DNA from: Epithemia pelagica | Taxonomy: Eukaryota; Protista; Bacillariophyta | Direction: 5' to 3' | DNA length: 64,000 nt | Assembly (NCBI GenBank): GCA_946965045.2 | Contig: OX337228.1 | Span: 6,386,001 to 6,450,000 of the forward strand | Part shown: one piece after another, positions 21,452 through 32,566 of the stretch | How positions within the stretch are numbered: the first letter of the stretch is position 1 | How the letters are laid out: every line of letters begins with the position of its first letter | The notes under the pieces: model-generated | Databases searched by the model: none | What the model was told of the DNA's origin: nothing | The model's input: the letters and a program-made list of their open reading frames with translations, nothing else | Program-made: the position numbers and the translations under genes

Positions 21452-22501
21452 CTAATTGGTAAGATTTGAAGCGAAGGAGACTTTTTCTTTTGTATCTTGC
21501 GCCAGAGCTTTACCGTAACCGGATCGATATTCCGTTCCAGACGATGCTGGATCTTTGGGTGTATTCGGACGGGCCCATTCCAGTTTGAGAATCAAGTGAT
21601 CGTATCCGAAACCTTGCAATTTTTCCATGGCAGCAGCCGCATCCTTTTGATTGATAAAGGTGACAAAGGCAAACCCTCGCGATTCCATGGTTTCCTTGTT
21701 TTTGGCCAGATACACTCGAGACACACGGCCAAAATGCGAAAACAATTCTTGCAAATCCGCTTCTGTGGTGTTCTCGGAAAGATTTGTGACACGAATCGTA
21801 TTTAAATCATCCATGGTGCTACCCGCACCACCTCGTCCCATGGGTGGTTTATAGGCACTGCCCGTAGAAGGGGCAGCACCACCGCGTTGACTCGGAGGAA
21901 CATAGCGGCCTCCTGATCCACCACCACCAGTAGAACGAACTTGAGTCCATCCACCCGTCTCGTCACCCCCTCCAGAAGCGTCCGCTCCTCCAGCACCATC
22001 TCCGTCATCTTTGGCATCTCCACCACTCGCAACGTCGTATTTGCGTTCCAATTGACGACGTTGCTGTTTGGCCCAAAAGGCATTCAAGTTTGTCGAGAGT
22101 ACAGCTGTAGCATCTTCATCTTGCAAGTCTGTATCGGCATTCGGGTTCTCCATCAAAATTTCATCTTTGGATTGAACCGTCGTTTGTGTTCCGCTCTTCT
22201 CATCCGCCAGTGCTGTGCCAAACTTTTTCCAGCTTCTTCGTTCTTGGACTCCTTTCGGTTCTTTCAGCGTGTAACGTTCAACTCGCTGCTTTGTGACCGT
22301 TTTAATCAACAACTGGCCAGGAGACCGACCTGGTTTATAAGACGTGACAATCTGAATGCCGGCCTTATCCACACGGCTGTAATGGGTGGGAGGGATGGTC
22401 ACCCCTCCAGTCGTCCCTTGTTTTTGCTGCACTCCAAGTTCCGGTACAATGTCTTCATCATCGGAATCATCATCCGCGTCTCCCCAACGAGTGGACTTCA
22501 T
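21452..22501 (-). CDS. eIF3g: Eukaryotic translation initiation factor 3 subunit G
   Basis: N-terminal RWGD, RRSWKKFG, YVPPS, and a C-terminal RRM (TIRVTNLSE, SRGFAFVTF, GYDHLILKLEWA). Confidence 0.95.
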   Translation of the reverse strand: MKSTRWGDADDDSDDEDIVPELGVQQKQGTTGGVTIPPTHYSRVDKAGIQIVTSYKPGRSPGQLLIKTVTKQRVERYTLKEPKGVQERRSWKKFGTALADEKSGTQTTVQSKDEILMENPNADTDLQDEDATAVLSTNLNAFWAKQQRRQLERKYDVASGGDAKDDGDGAGGADASGGGDETGGWTQVRSTGGGGSGGRYVPPSQRGGAAPSTGSAYKPPMGRGGAGSTMDDLNTIRVTNLSENTTEADLQELFSHFGRVSRVYLAKNKETMESRGFAFVTFINQKDAAAAMEKLQGFGYDHLILKLEWARPNTPKDPASSGTEYRSGYGKALAQDTKEKVSFASNLTN

Positions 22502-22888
22502 GGTGTTCCTTTTCTTGTTTCTCGTTTGCAAGTCTCCACGACAATACTCGGGCAGACAGGTGTGGGTGTGGGTGTGAGGGATGATCACCGATCACGGGGT
22601 TGTGTTTGTGGAAGCAAACGTGGGGCTTGTTGCGCGGGGATTTCTGTCCTTCGTCCGAAAGATCACGTGCGACCCAACCACGCCAACGCTATGTATGCTA
22701 TGTGTCTCCAGTTTGGTTCAACGCAGGAGTACGAGTCTCCTTTTTTAGAACGGAGTAGGTTCTGCAGACAACGATCTACGTTGGAACCCAAGCCAAGCGG
22801 AATCCGGATTCGAACGCGTAGACCAACCTATACGTTAAATGAATTCTCGGCTCTATCTATCATATCCAACAGGGGTCGTCCGTCATTT

Positions 22889-25800
22889 TTAACAAATTTT
22901 AACAATCGAAGGGACGACCGCCGGGACAGCAGCATCTTCTCCTCCTCCTTTTTTCATCCAAAACAAGCTTCGACGGGCCGATTGGCGTGTCGTGTTACCC
23001 TTTCTCATGACGGGTACCACTTTGCCCGGACCACCCTTGGGGAGGCATGGCTTGTTTGGTTGCGACTGGTGCAAATCCTTTGGATTGGACGTTGGAGGAA
23101 GGTCGATACCCTCGTCCACAAACTTGAACTCGTGTTGATCCAAATCAATCCACTCGCATTCATTGTCCATAACATAACGTATCTTGTGGACAACAACGTC
23201 GTTGTCTTCGGGTGAGGAGGAGGAAGCTGCATCTCGACATGTTTCCACAACGGCTTCGTAGTATGTTTTATCAATCGGCCAGTACACGGCAATCCGACGG
23301 CCCGAGGCGATTCGTTCGGGAGTGTCTGTCGTCGGCTTGTTTGCTGGCCGATGCGACGAGGTAGGTTTCGCTCGGGGCAGGGATCTTTGGGAACGCTTCG
23401 ACTTTTTGCTGTCCACCTTGGAAACTCTTGTCTTGGGTTTGCTTTCTTCGCTGGAGGGGGATTCCGTATCATACTTGGATTTCGATATGTACGAATATTT
23501 TTCTCTTAACGCTTGACATATCTGGAGAACCAAATGAGAAACGAATGTACAAAGGTGAGAGCGGGAGTAAATCATGAGAAACACTTTCTAATGCTCTCTT
23601 GGATTGCACAGACACTACATACCTTTTCAATGCATCGTCCCGTTTCGACCCGTCGAAGAACGTGTTTTACCGATGTACCAAAGCCGTCCTTGGCGGACAA
23701 GGGCTTGGATCCCGGAAGGACTTCCCAGAACCGTCCTCCAAATTGATCAAAAATATCTTGTGCCATGGGCCTTTTGAGATTCAATGGTAATTTCGCATAG
23801 GCATCCTTGTGAATTTGAATGACTTTGCGAAAGTGGATATTCCCCACATGCTTGTTGACGTGATGACCCCGTCCAAACAAGACATCACCTTCACTCAAGT
23901 CATCCAAACTGGCAACCTTGTGATGCTCGTCCACCAAACCATCCTCCTCTTTCTTCTCCTTCTTCTTGTTCTTCTTGTTCTTCTTTTCCTTGGTCGCTCC
24001 CTTTTCCTTTTTGCGTTTGGCGGCATCTTGTTGAAGAGGCAACTTGTGTTTCGCCAACGTCTTTTTCTTGACTGGTTTGTCCTTGAGGGATTTTGACTTG
24101 AACTGTTGTTTCTCTGTCAAAACTCCCTTGGTGGAAGCATCCTGTTTCTCATCTTTGGTGGTGGCCACTGGCTTGGTCGTCGTCTGGGCGCCTTGTTTTG
24201 TTGCCAATGCATTCTCCAAGTCATTCTTCTCCGTAGAGATCGAAAACATTCGGAGGCTGGGGTCTAGCATGGATACGGCAGTGCTGGACTCGGTCGTCGT
24301 CGTCGTCGTTGGGGGTTTGGAATCATCCTCTTTCATCTTAGGGATGGGCTTCTTTTTCTCCTCTTTCATCTTGCACTTGGAGTCATTCTTCTCCCTAGAG
24401 ATCGAAACCAGTCGGAGGCTGGGGTGTAGCATGGGTTCTAGCATGGATACGACAGTGCTGGACTCGGTCGTAGTCGTCGTTGAGGGTTTGGAATCATCCT
24501 CTTTCATCTTGGGGGCGGGCTTCTTTTTCTCCTCTTTCCTCTTGGGGATGGGCTTGAGTTTCGGTTTCTTCTTCTTCTTGTTGTTGCTGGTGGTGGTGTT
24601 GCTGATGAGGCTGGTCTTTTTCTTCTGCTTCTTCTTTGGAGGTGCATCATCTTGCGAAAACATCTTTTTGGGTTTGGGGTCTTCTCGTAACGTAGGCTTG
24701 CGGCTCGGAGGTTTTTGGTCATCATCATCATCGTCATTGTGTAGTTCTTGGTGGTCGTGTGGGGAGCATGGTGGAGCCGTCGAATCTTGACTGGTCCTGG
24801 GCGGATCCTTGATCCCTCCCGCTTTATTGTCGTCTATTGCGGCGGGGGGTAACAACAAGACGTGTTTGAAGTGGGACGACGCGGGTGGTGACAACGACTT
24901 GGACGAGGAGTTTTGTTGTGTTGTGGGTGGTGAATCGGCCGGACTCGTCGTCCTTCCTTCCTCTGTCAGTGCCTCGGTACTAGAGTTGTTCTTCTTGGTA
25001 AGACTTGTTGTCGTTGTTGTAGTATAGGGTGGCGGTGGTACCCATTTGGGTTCCCGCAAGGCTTGTGCCACCTGTGTCATTCACGCACACACACACTTGA
25101 GAAACACTCGACTACCTATAGTCGAATCCAAACGCACCCGCCCTGCATTGACTCACCTTTTCGACCGCCCGCGACAGGGGCACGGTCCGAAAGAGGCCCG
25201 TAATCACGTGCTCCGATGTGCCATGCGTGGCCACGGCCGCGGCAGCCTCGGCCGTATTGGTTCCTTCGGTATTCCAGTTTAAAATTTCCAAAAAGCGATT
25301 GCCGCCCTCGACAATGGCCTCGTAGGCTTGATAGAGGACGCGTCGTTTTTCAAAGGCATCCTTGCTGGTATTGTACGCGTCCCGAAAGGGATGGACCACG
25401 CGTCGAAATCTCAAGTTGCCCGGCAATTTGTTGACGTGATTACCGCGGCCCATGACCACATCGGTATCGGTAAAGAAGGAGGACGTTTCTTGGGTTTGAA
25501 CTTCATCCGTGGTGGGTTCATAGCGACGACGACGACGGCGTTTGCCCTTGGTGGTGACCAAAAATGGTTCCTTCCGCGTCGTGCCGTCCTGGTCGGTAGA
25601 GGCTGTTACTACTGCTGCCGTGTCGGGTGGTCGTGACTCCGCTGGTTCGTCGGTGTGGTTGGATTCGGTGGTCGATTGCGTGGGTCCCTGGTTGTTATCC
25701 TCCTCATGGTGGTGGTTGTCCGTGTCCTCTGGAATTGGAACCTGCGGTTCTTGTACCCAACTAGACTCTGAATCCTCCTCTTCTAGTATTTTTTGTTTCT

Positions 25801-26050
25801 TGGCCGCTCGGGATCGGATTCGTTCGCTGTTGCGTTCAGGAGAAACAACCTCCTGGTTGTCCTTCGTTGGGGAGGGTTCCACGGCACGTTTCGTTCCTAC
25901 GACGACATTCTTGGATGTGGTTGTACTAGTGTCTGTTGTGGTAGAGAGGGAGGGTTCGACGGTTGGAGTTTTGACTGGCTCGTCGACCGTGCGGGAATGG
26001 TTCGTATTCCGTGGTTCGTCTACGAGTGTGGAGGATGGCACCGAAGCCAT
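22889..26050 (-). CDS. Lys-rich protein with two DUF6824-type domains and a C-terminal Tudor-like domain; exons 25157-26050, 23623-25071, 22889-23521
   Basis: Two DV..GRG.HVN..GN..FR motifs, each completed across an intron by K|(V/I).QALRE. Tudor-like GRRIAVYWP.D..YY..V...I.Y...EWIDL. Canonical introns at 25072-25156 and 23522-23622. Confidence 0.8.
24218..24543 (-). repeat. In-frame tandem duplication (~160 bp x2) inside the DUF6824 gene
   Basis: KMKEDDSKP.TTTTTESST.VSML..SLR..SIS.EKND occurs twice. Confidence 0.85.
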
Positions 26051-26622
26051 GACAACCACGTTCTGCTCTCGACACACACTCCACACTCGGTCGTTCGACA
26101 CAATGGTACTTTCAATAAGAGAGAGAGAACACACAGTGGAAGGAACCAAAGGGAGGGATGTGAATTTCCAACAATGCAAAAGGTTGGTGGTGTTGCGGCG
26201 CTGAATTTTTTTTGGACCGAAACCCGAAAAGCTGTGCCGGTGTAGTGGGGGGAGAGCGGGTTTTGAGAGAGGAAGAAGAAGCGGGATTCCATTTGTGGAA
26301 CACTCTCCATCTGTTGATATCCGAATAAATCATACCGTTCTAAGTTACGTCAAAGGATCTTGTACGCTGGGAATGTCCTGGCAATCCCACGCGCGTCTTT
26401 GGGCATGACCACGACTACAATACAATCCGGAATTCCCGCGCCCAGATCATCTGTTCGACACCAAAGGCGACTACCCAGTCGCGAGGATCTATCGGGACGT
26501 CCTTCCACGTGTAGACGATCGCTTGTTGGATGTTGGATGCACAATTATTTGTGGGATCCTACAGTTTTTTAGGTCGATCCAACGCTTCGCATGTCCCTTT
26601 GATGCCATTATTCTTGCTGTGA

Positions 26623-28932
26623 TTGAATCAAATCCATACCATGACGACGACGACGACAACAACAACAGTATGCCATCATGAGTGGATTGAGATTGGAAAG
26701 CGGCCCCGAGAGACCAACAAGAAGCATGTTCGGAGGATCGTACAACCTCTGCCTTTGTATCCACGTTGGTTTGTCGTCTCGTGTATGATTGGCCTGTCGC
26801 AACTTGCCGTGACCCATGGTGGTGGTGGTGGAACCTCTGGCACCGTCACACCAGAGAGGGACGTTCCCTGTTGGTCCCCGAGTCTCGACATGCGAGGTGG
26901 CTACCAGATGGACGACAACGATGACGACAACCACCACCAAGCCCGACAAAATGCCTTGTTGGATGCCTACATTGACGCACTCTTGGCGGGTGAAGAAACT
27001 GACACCATTGCCACAACCACAACAACAAGCGAGGAGGAGGACACAAGAGTACGTTCTTCCAACAACAACAATTCGGCTGATCTGGCCCACACCACAGTCA
27101 CGTTCGTAGAACAACCACAACAACCACCAAAACATCGTCCCATTGGGACCCACACGAGACGCCATTGTTCCACGTCACCCTTTCATCCTTCCTCCAGGGT
27201 GGGACGAGGAGGACATGAAGAAGAAGAAGAAGGAGACGAATCGGAACGACTAGGCAAGGTCTCGTCGAAAATCAAGACGACCAAGTCCACCAAACGTAAA
27301 CAAAAGCCTCATGACACCCAGAACAACACAACAAACACAACAACGACGGATGATGATACATTGCCAATACACGGACGACAAGACACGACAGCATCCAACA
27401 CTTCGGAAGCCTTTGTGGAACCAAACATGGACGACGACAATCCTCCGCCTACTCCATCCACAGCAACAACAGCAGCAGCCGCTTCGGTACCACCCACCAT
27501 TCCCAATCCACTCTTTCGGTTTTTATTGCATCGGGGACGGATTGGACATGTTCTCATCATGACCTTGGCCATTTGGTTGGATTGGTTGGCCTTGTATATT
27601 CCCCTCGTTTCGCACGTGTTGGATTGGTTCTATGTCCACTTGCTTCCTCGATCGGTGCGAGAACCTGCTCACTTTCGAAACCAGGGGGGTCGACACTCTT
27701 CTCAAACACCCGTGACGATGGCCACGACGGCGTCCACCACCTTGGCCCGGACAGGTGCGTCACGCAGCAAACGACGACAATTGGTGCGTCAAGCCGATGA
27801 ACGAGCCTTGCATCAATTGCAAGCATTGGATTCCAATGCCATTTATCAACAGGTCAGTTCTGCCTTTATGCAACGACATGGTTTGGGTCGCTATCGACGA
27901 CGACAACCACAACAACAAAACTTAGCCGATGCAGCCACGAGCAGTACCAAAGCCCTCCGGGAGGATTCCTCGCAAGGAGAATCCTCCAGGAGCCCTTTGA
28001 CTGCAGCTGTATCGAGTCGAGGAACAGCAAGCAATCGCAGCAATGCCAAAAAGAAGAAGAAGACGACGACATCCAAGAAGGATATCCCAAAGAAGAAAGA
28101 TTGGGTCGTGGAGGCCTTGACCAAAGATCGCAAGGGAGGAATAGTACGGCCCAAATCATCTCTTGAATTGGGCACCAAATCGGGTCTTTCGGTCGGGTTG
28201 GACTTTGGAACGGACACGCGTGATCGATATCGTGCATCGGTCGTTCACGTCATTGCTTCGGAACAAGCACTACCCAAACACGCTCGTCGTCCGGGGGACT
28301 CGAATACGGTCGTGACGAGTGACAATGCCAGCGGTCTCATGGGCAAACTACGGGCGGCCGCAGGGTCGAGTGTGTCGCGCAGTTTGTTGGGAGCCTATCC
28401 CGGAGATGCTCTACCCGTCCAAGAGGCTGCCGATACGCATGGATTGATGGGATTGGCCCAACGATATGGATACAGTGACTTGTTCCACTTGGATCAAGAC
28501 GATGACGACCACGACCAGAATGGCCATGGCGCCAGGAATCACTGGGATGATACTACCTTTGCCACAGTGGAAGAAGAACCGCCGTCGTTTCCAACCAAAA
28601 CATTTGCCCGTCGAAAAGGTTCTGCAGCCGATCAACTGTTGACTGGAAGACGAACTGGTAGACGAGTGGAGAGAGACCGACATTCATCCACGACGAGACG
28701 GCATGTGCCACGTAACAGTTTGATCGACCAATCATCCCGTGAACCCTCGGAGCGCCTCGCGGGGAGTTCGACCTTGTCGAAATCCGTACCCCGCAGAAAA
28801 GGTTCCTTGGCGGATACGATTTTATCCGGCAGCGACCGTTACCGTTCATCATCCGCACTCTCCAGTCGAAGAACCTCAGGCGGAACAAACAAGAAATCTA
28901 GCCGGAAGGACGAAACTACCGAGTCGAGTTGA
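26623..28932 (+). CDS. Hypothetical protein (~760 aa) with a hydrophobic leader, one or two central membrane segments and low-complexity tracts
   Basis: Long uninterrupted ORF with ordered segments (PNPLFRFLL..GHVLIM; LLGAYPGDA..LA.RYGY). Start codon uncertain. Confidence 0.7.
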   Translation: MNQIHTMTTTTTTTTVCHHEWIEIGKRPRETNKKHVRRIVQPLPLYPRWFVVSCMIGLSQLAVTHGGGGGTSGTVTPERDVPCWSPSLDMRGGYQMDDNDDDNHHQARQNALLDAYIDALLAGEETDTIATTTTTSEEEDTRVRSSNNNNSADLAHTTVTFVEQPQQPPKHRPIGTHTRRHCSTSPFHPSSRVGRGGHEEEEEGDESERLGKVSSKIKTTKSTKRKQKPHDTQNNTTNTTTTDDDTLPIHGRQDTTASNTSEAFVEPNMDDDNPPPTPSTATTAAAASVPPTIPNPLFRFLLHRGRIGHVLIMTLAIWLDWLALYIPLVSHVLDWFYVHLLPRSVREPAHFRNQGGRHSSQTPVTMATTASTTLARTGASRSKRRQLVRQADERALHQLQALDSNAIYQQVSSAFMQRHGLGRYRRRQPQQQNLADAATSSTKALREDSSQGESSRSPLTAAVSSRGTASNRSNAKKKKKTTTSKKDIPKKKDWVVEALTKDRKGGIVRPKSSLELGTKSGLSVGLDFGTDTRDRYRASVVHVIASEQALPKHARRPGDSNTVVTSDNASGLMGKLRAAAGSSVSRSLLGAYPGDALPVQEAADTHGLMGLAQRYGYSDLFHLDQDDDDHDQNGHGARNHWDDTTFATVEEEPPSFPTKTFARRKGSAADQLLTGRRTGRRVERDRHSSTTRRHVPRNSLIDQSSREPSERLAGSSTLSKSVPRRKGSLADTILSGSDRYRSSSALSSRRTSGGTNKKSSRKDETTESS

Positions 28933-29084
28933 ACGGTTCTAGTTTGCAATGACGAACCATCTGGCGTCCATATGCATTTGCTCTCGAAAGAATTCTCTAT
29001 ACAGATTGAAGCAAACCACCGCATCGTGGACATCTGGAAAGAGTCTGATTGCGCGCTCGTTCTCACACGTGATGCTTCTACCAG

Positions 29085-29490
29085 CTTCCCGGATTTGGCT
29101 ACGCCAGGGTACCAGAGAAACAACGCCAAGAATGGTCCTCCTTCATGCAAGAATACATTGCAACTCGCCCAACCCTACGAGTCTTGTTTCACTTGATTGA
29201 TAGTAGGCATGGTCCAACCGAAGAGGATGCCGCTATTATGAAGCAAGTCGAGGAAAACATTCCTCCCACAGCCAAATATGTATGTAATTGTCCTAACAAA
29301 GGCGGATAAGAATAGCAAAGGAGCACCGGGAAACTATTCTGGAAAGGTATCCAACGATGTCATGAACAAGCTGCGCCAGGTAATGGGAGAAACGTTACAG
29401 CATGATGTTCCTGTTGTTTTGACATCGGCGGAAAGCAAACTCGGCAGAGATAAAATGTGGAGCTATCTTCGCCGTGCCGCCATTTCCTAA
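29085..29490 (+). pseudogene. 5'-truncated, frameshifted EngB/YihA (YsxC) GTPase fragment
   Basis: LPGFGYA (G3), LIDSRHG and VLTKADK (G4), TSA (G5). A TATG duplication at 29277-29284 shifts the frame, and no G1 P-loop is found upstream. Confidence 0.8.
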
Positions 29491-29518
29491 ACTGTAGCGC
29501 ACGGTTCTCTCAAGTCTA

Positions 29519-31131
29519 TCAACTGGTTTCAGTCGCTTGTTTCCCCGATGACATGACCCAATCCGGCATGCGATTCAGTTTCCAATGACTCAGATCGACC
29601 TTGTTCCGTTCGGCCAGGGCAAGCACTTTCAAAAACAGCAGTGTTGCCGGTTCGACATTGGAACCAACTTCTTCGCAGATAATGTTCAAAACAATCTCAT
29701 AGGCGCGCTGTGACGGTGGATCATCGATATCGTACAGCATTTTCAAACGACCACCTTTCGACCTTCGAACCTCGAACCTCGGTGGCATTCATTAACAAGG
29801 GAGTGGTAAGACTGCCCATTTTTACCAAGAGATCCCATGCTTTCTTGGACCAGTATAGTTCCTCTGGGGGCGTTTCTCCTTTTTGCTTAGCTTCTTGCCA
29901 ATAAGCCCATAGGCCTGGTTTGTAGTCAGCTCCTTTTACTTGTACATCACCACCCCCCAATCAGGGTTCGCAGCTCCAAATGCGCCAGCCATGTCGTAAA
30001 GTGTTGTCCCACTTGCGGAGGAGAAATGAGGGTGAGCAGCGTCGAAATCATGGAGAAGGTATGTTGCGAGGTGCTGGTTAATGACTCCGACTTGGACATG
30101 GACGAATCCAGCAAGGCCATGACAAATTCCACGTCACTGACAGAGTTTCGATCGGATTTGGGTGTGTCATAGTAATGGCGGAGCAGTTGTTTGCACTGTT
30201 CAAGGTACCACCCAGACAGAGGAACTGGAGGACTTTTTCGGTTTGCGAGGCATCCAAAATGGTAAAGGTGGGATCTTGTTTGAGTGCAATGTCCAAGAGC
30301 TCGATAAAGCGTTCCGAAACCTCTCGACAATATTCTGGGCAAGGTGAATCCAATTCCTGCCGGAGTCGATTACGACGATGTGGTTGTTGAGCTTGGAGCA
30401 AACGGGCAACCGAAAAGAGCATGGGTCGCAAGACGTTGAGAGTGGTGGATTGTTCCACTTTTGTATACTCGTGAATCGCCGTATCCGATTTGGAGTTTTC
30501 CTGATTGTCGTCTGGTTTCGATTCAGAGTCTGATTCATTCTCTTTGTGCACGACCGGTCAAAAAGTTGACAATGCCCTTGACGGTGGTTTGCCAAAAACT
30601 GTTTGGTTTGCCCTGATCCTTGTCTTGTTCCGCATGAAGTTGCTCCAGGGATTGTGCCACCAGAGTGTTTTCCATGACTGCCCTGCGATCGTGATGGATG
30701 CGGTGCAACCCTCGAAGAGCCGCCAGTGCTAAATCCAAGAGTTGCATTTGAGTTCGTCTCTGTTTTCGGTAGATGGTTCGTCGTCAAGGGAAAGCTTTGG
30801 TTTGGACGACACAGTCCCATCTCGCACAAAGGACTCGAATCATATGGTCCTCTCGACTGTGCACCGCGGCACTCTTTTCAAGGGCAACTTGCGCCTTGCA
30901 AATCGCTTCGTCGAATGATTTGGAGGCACCATCAAAGTCACCTTGCTTCAGAAGCGCCCGAACATGTCGTGTCAAGAGTTTCACTTCGAGCGGTGGCCCC
31001 CCATCTCTAGAGAAATGCTCTCTGTTTTTGGAAATGTGCTTTAGGCCATCATTGGTGGTCCTTGTTGGTGGTCCTTGTTGGTGGTCCTTGTTGGTGGTCC
31101 TTGTTGGTGTGTCGGTTGTCGGTGTTATCAC
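29519..31131 (-). pseudogene. Decayed gene for a helical-repeat-like protein (one premature stop, about four frameshifts)
   Basis: Consecutive protein-like ORF pieces join across a TGA at 30784-30786, frameshifts near 30545 and 30215, a C6 run at 29953-29958, and a 7-bp duplication at 29766-29779. Confidence 0.6.
31052..31108. repeat. 13-bp minisatellite (TTGGTGGTCCTTG x4 plus partial)
   Basis: Units read directly at 31052, 31065, 31078 and 31091. Confidence 0.9.
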
Positions 31132-31208
31132 AAAACCCTGGTGGCATGAGGACTTGTCCTTGTGTTACCAGGTATCTGGCACGGAGACTTTGGTCTCTGT
31201 GCCAGATA

Positions 31209-31705
31209 GAGATTAGGGCTACCTCTTGATAAGCCTACTCACCCTGGGCACTGGTGTTCAGATGGTGGGGAGTCAGAGGCTCCTCTGATTGCCTCAGGAG
31301 TTACATACAATACGGCGTGGGGTGTGCCATATAGTTGCCAGACAGGCGTCCATTGACGTCCTGTCGCCTCCACCGTTCAAATTGTATGTACTCCTAGAGA
31401 TTAGGGCTACCTCTTGATTAGCCTACTCACCCTGGGCACTCGTGTCCAGATGGTGGGGAGTTTGGGGGCTCCTCTGATTAGCCTCAGGAGTACATACAAT
31501 ACGGTCGCCTCGTCCTCCGTTCAAATTGTATGTACTCCAAGAGATTAGGGCTACCTCTTGATTAGCCTACTCACCCTGGGCACTCGTGTCCAGATGGTGG
31601 GGACGACTTACGAGTTTGGGGTTTCCTCTGATAAGCCTCTGGGGTGTGCCATATTGCCTGACAGGCGTCCATTGACGTCCTGTCGCCTCACCCGTTCAAT
31701 GTACA
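31209..31705. repeat. Three-copy tandem repeat (188, 144 and ~165 bp) rich in inverted repeats
   Basis: Each copy starts GAGATTAGGGCTACCTCTTGAT(A/T)AGCCTACTCACCCTGGGCAC, at 31209, 31397 and 31541. Confidence 0.92.
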
Positions 31706-31820
31706 GCCGCGTTGACGTCGCGAGCGGGCTTTCCACCAAGAGCTGTACGCAATAGACTATATGTCTAGATTCTAGACCCAGTTCCAAGTTGTCGTGGTCT
31801 GGAATCTGGAGATGAACAAA

Positions 31821-32461
31821 TCAGGGCTTGGGGTCCAACCACAACAAACAATTCTTCTTCTTGTAACCAGTTGGAGGCGGCGAACCAGCCGCCAAGGAAG
31901 AAGAAGACGACAATGGCGGCGTTTGAAGCATGCGAGTATTGATCTCTTGAATCATTGGTTGGAGATCGGGATCTGGTCGAAAGGCGCCTTCGCCTTCCAT
32001 CAGGGCCAAATCGGCCTTGTGTCGACCATGCTCTTGAGGTTGATTGTGAAGGCCCTTGGTATACTGCTTGTAGGCGACAAAGAGTTTGGTTTGTTCGCCA
32101 TGGCCATAGGGCAAGGTGGCTTTGTCGAAATTCACCAGCCACTGACTGTTGGATCGCATGTGAATCAAGGAGGGATGATGAACCACCAAGCGCGGCAGAG
32201 GGGGTTTGCTGTTTGTAGCGTTGTTGGTTGTAGTGTTGGATATCATCGCCGTGGTGCTCGCATAGTGTCCTCATGGGCAATGCATTGATTGGTTCCAAAC
32301 AAGTCTTTCCAATAAGAACTCGTGAGCAGCACTTGAGTAAAATTGTGATCCATGGCATACATGAGAAAGGCGGTAAAGGCCATGACCTCGTTGCAAAATC
32401 CCGAATAAAATCGCGTCGGCGCATACGCCAAGACGGGTTGCGTGGGATCCAATTGTGTCAA
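31821..32461 (-). pseudogene. Truncated, frameshifted fragment, possibly of an O-fucosyltransferase-like glycosyltransferase
   Basis: YSGFCNEVMAF..LL.S..WKDLFGTN..I.H, then a frame break near 32250-32275 and a further protein-like piece. No ATG, and it begins about 100 bp after the MON2 stop. Family assignment weak. Confidence 0.4.
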
Positions 32462-32566
32462 AAGGTCAAATTGCGTTTGGTACGACAGAGTATCAGTATT
32501 CTTCTCTTCGATAGTAATACTATCCGCCGCAGTATCTATTACTACATCTTGTAATATTGGTTGCAG

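Noticed and set aside
31209-31705. Known self-cleaving ribozyme or telomeric array
   Set aside because: No CUGANGA/GAAA core on either strand, no HDV or twister pattern recognised, and only one TTAGGG per unit.
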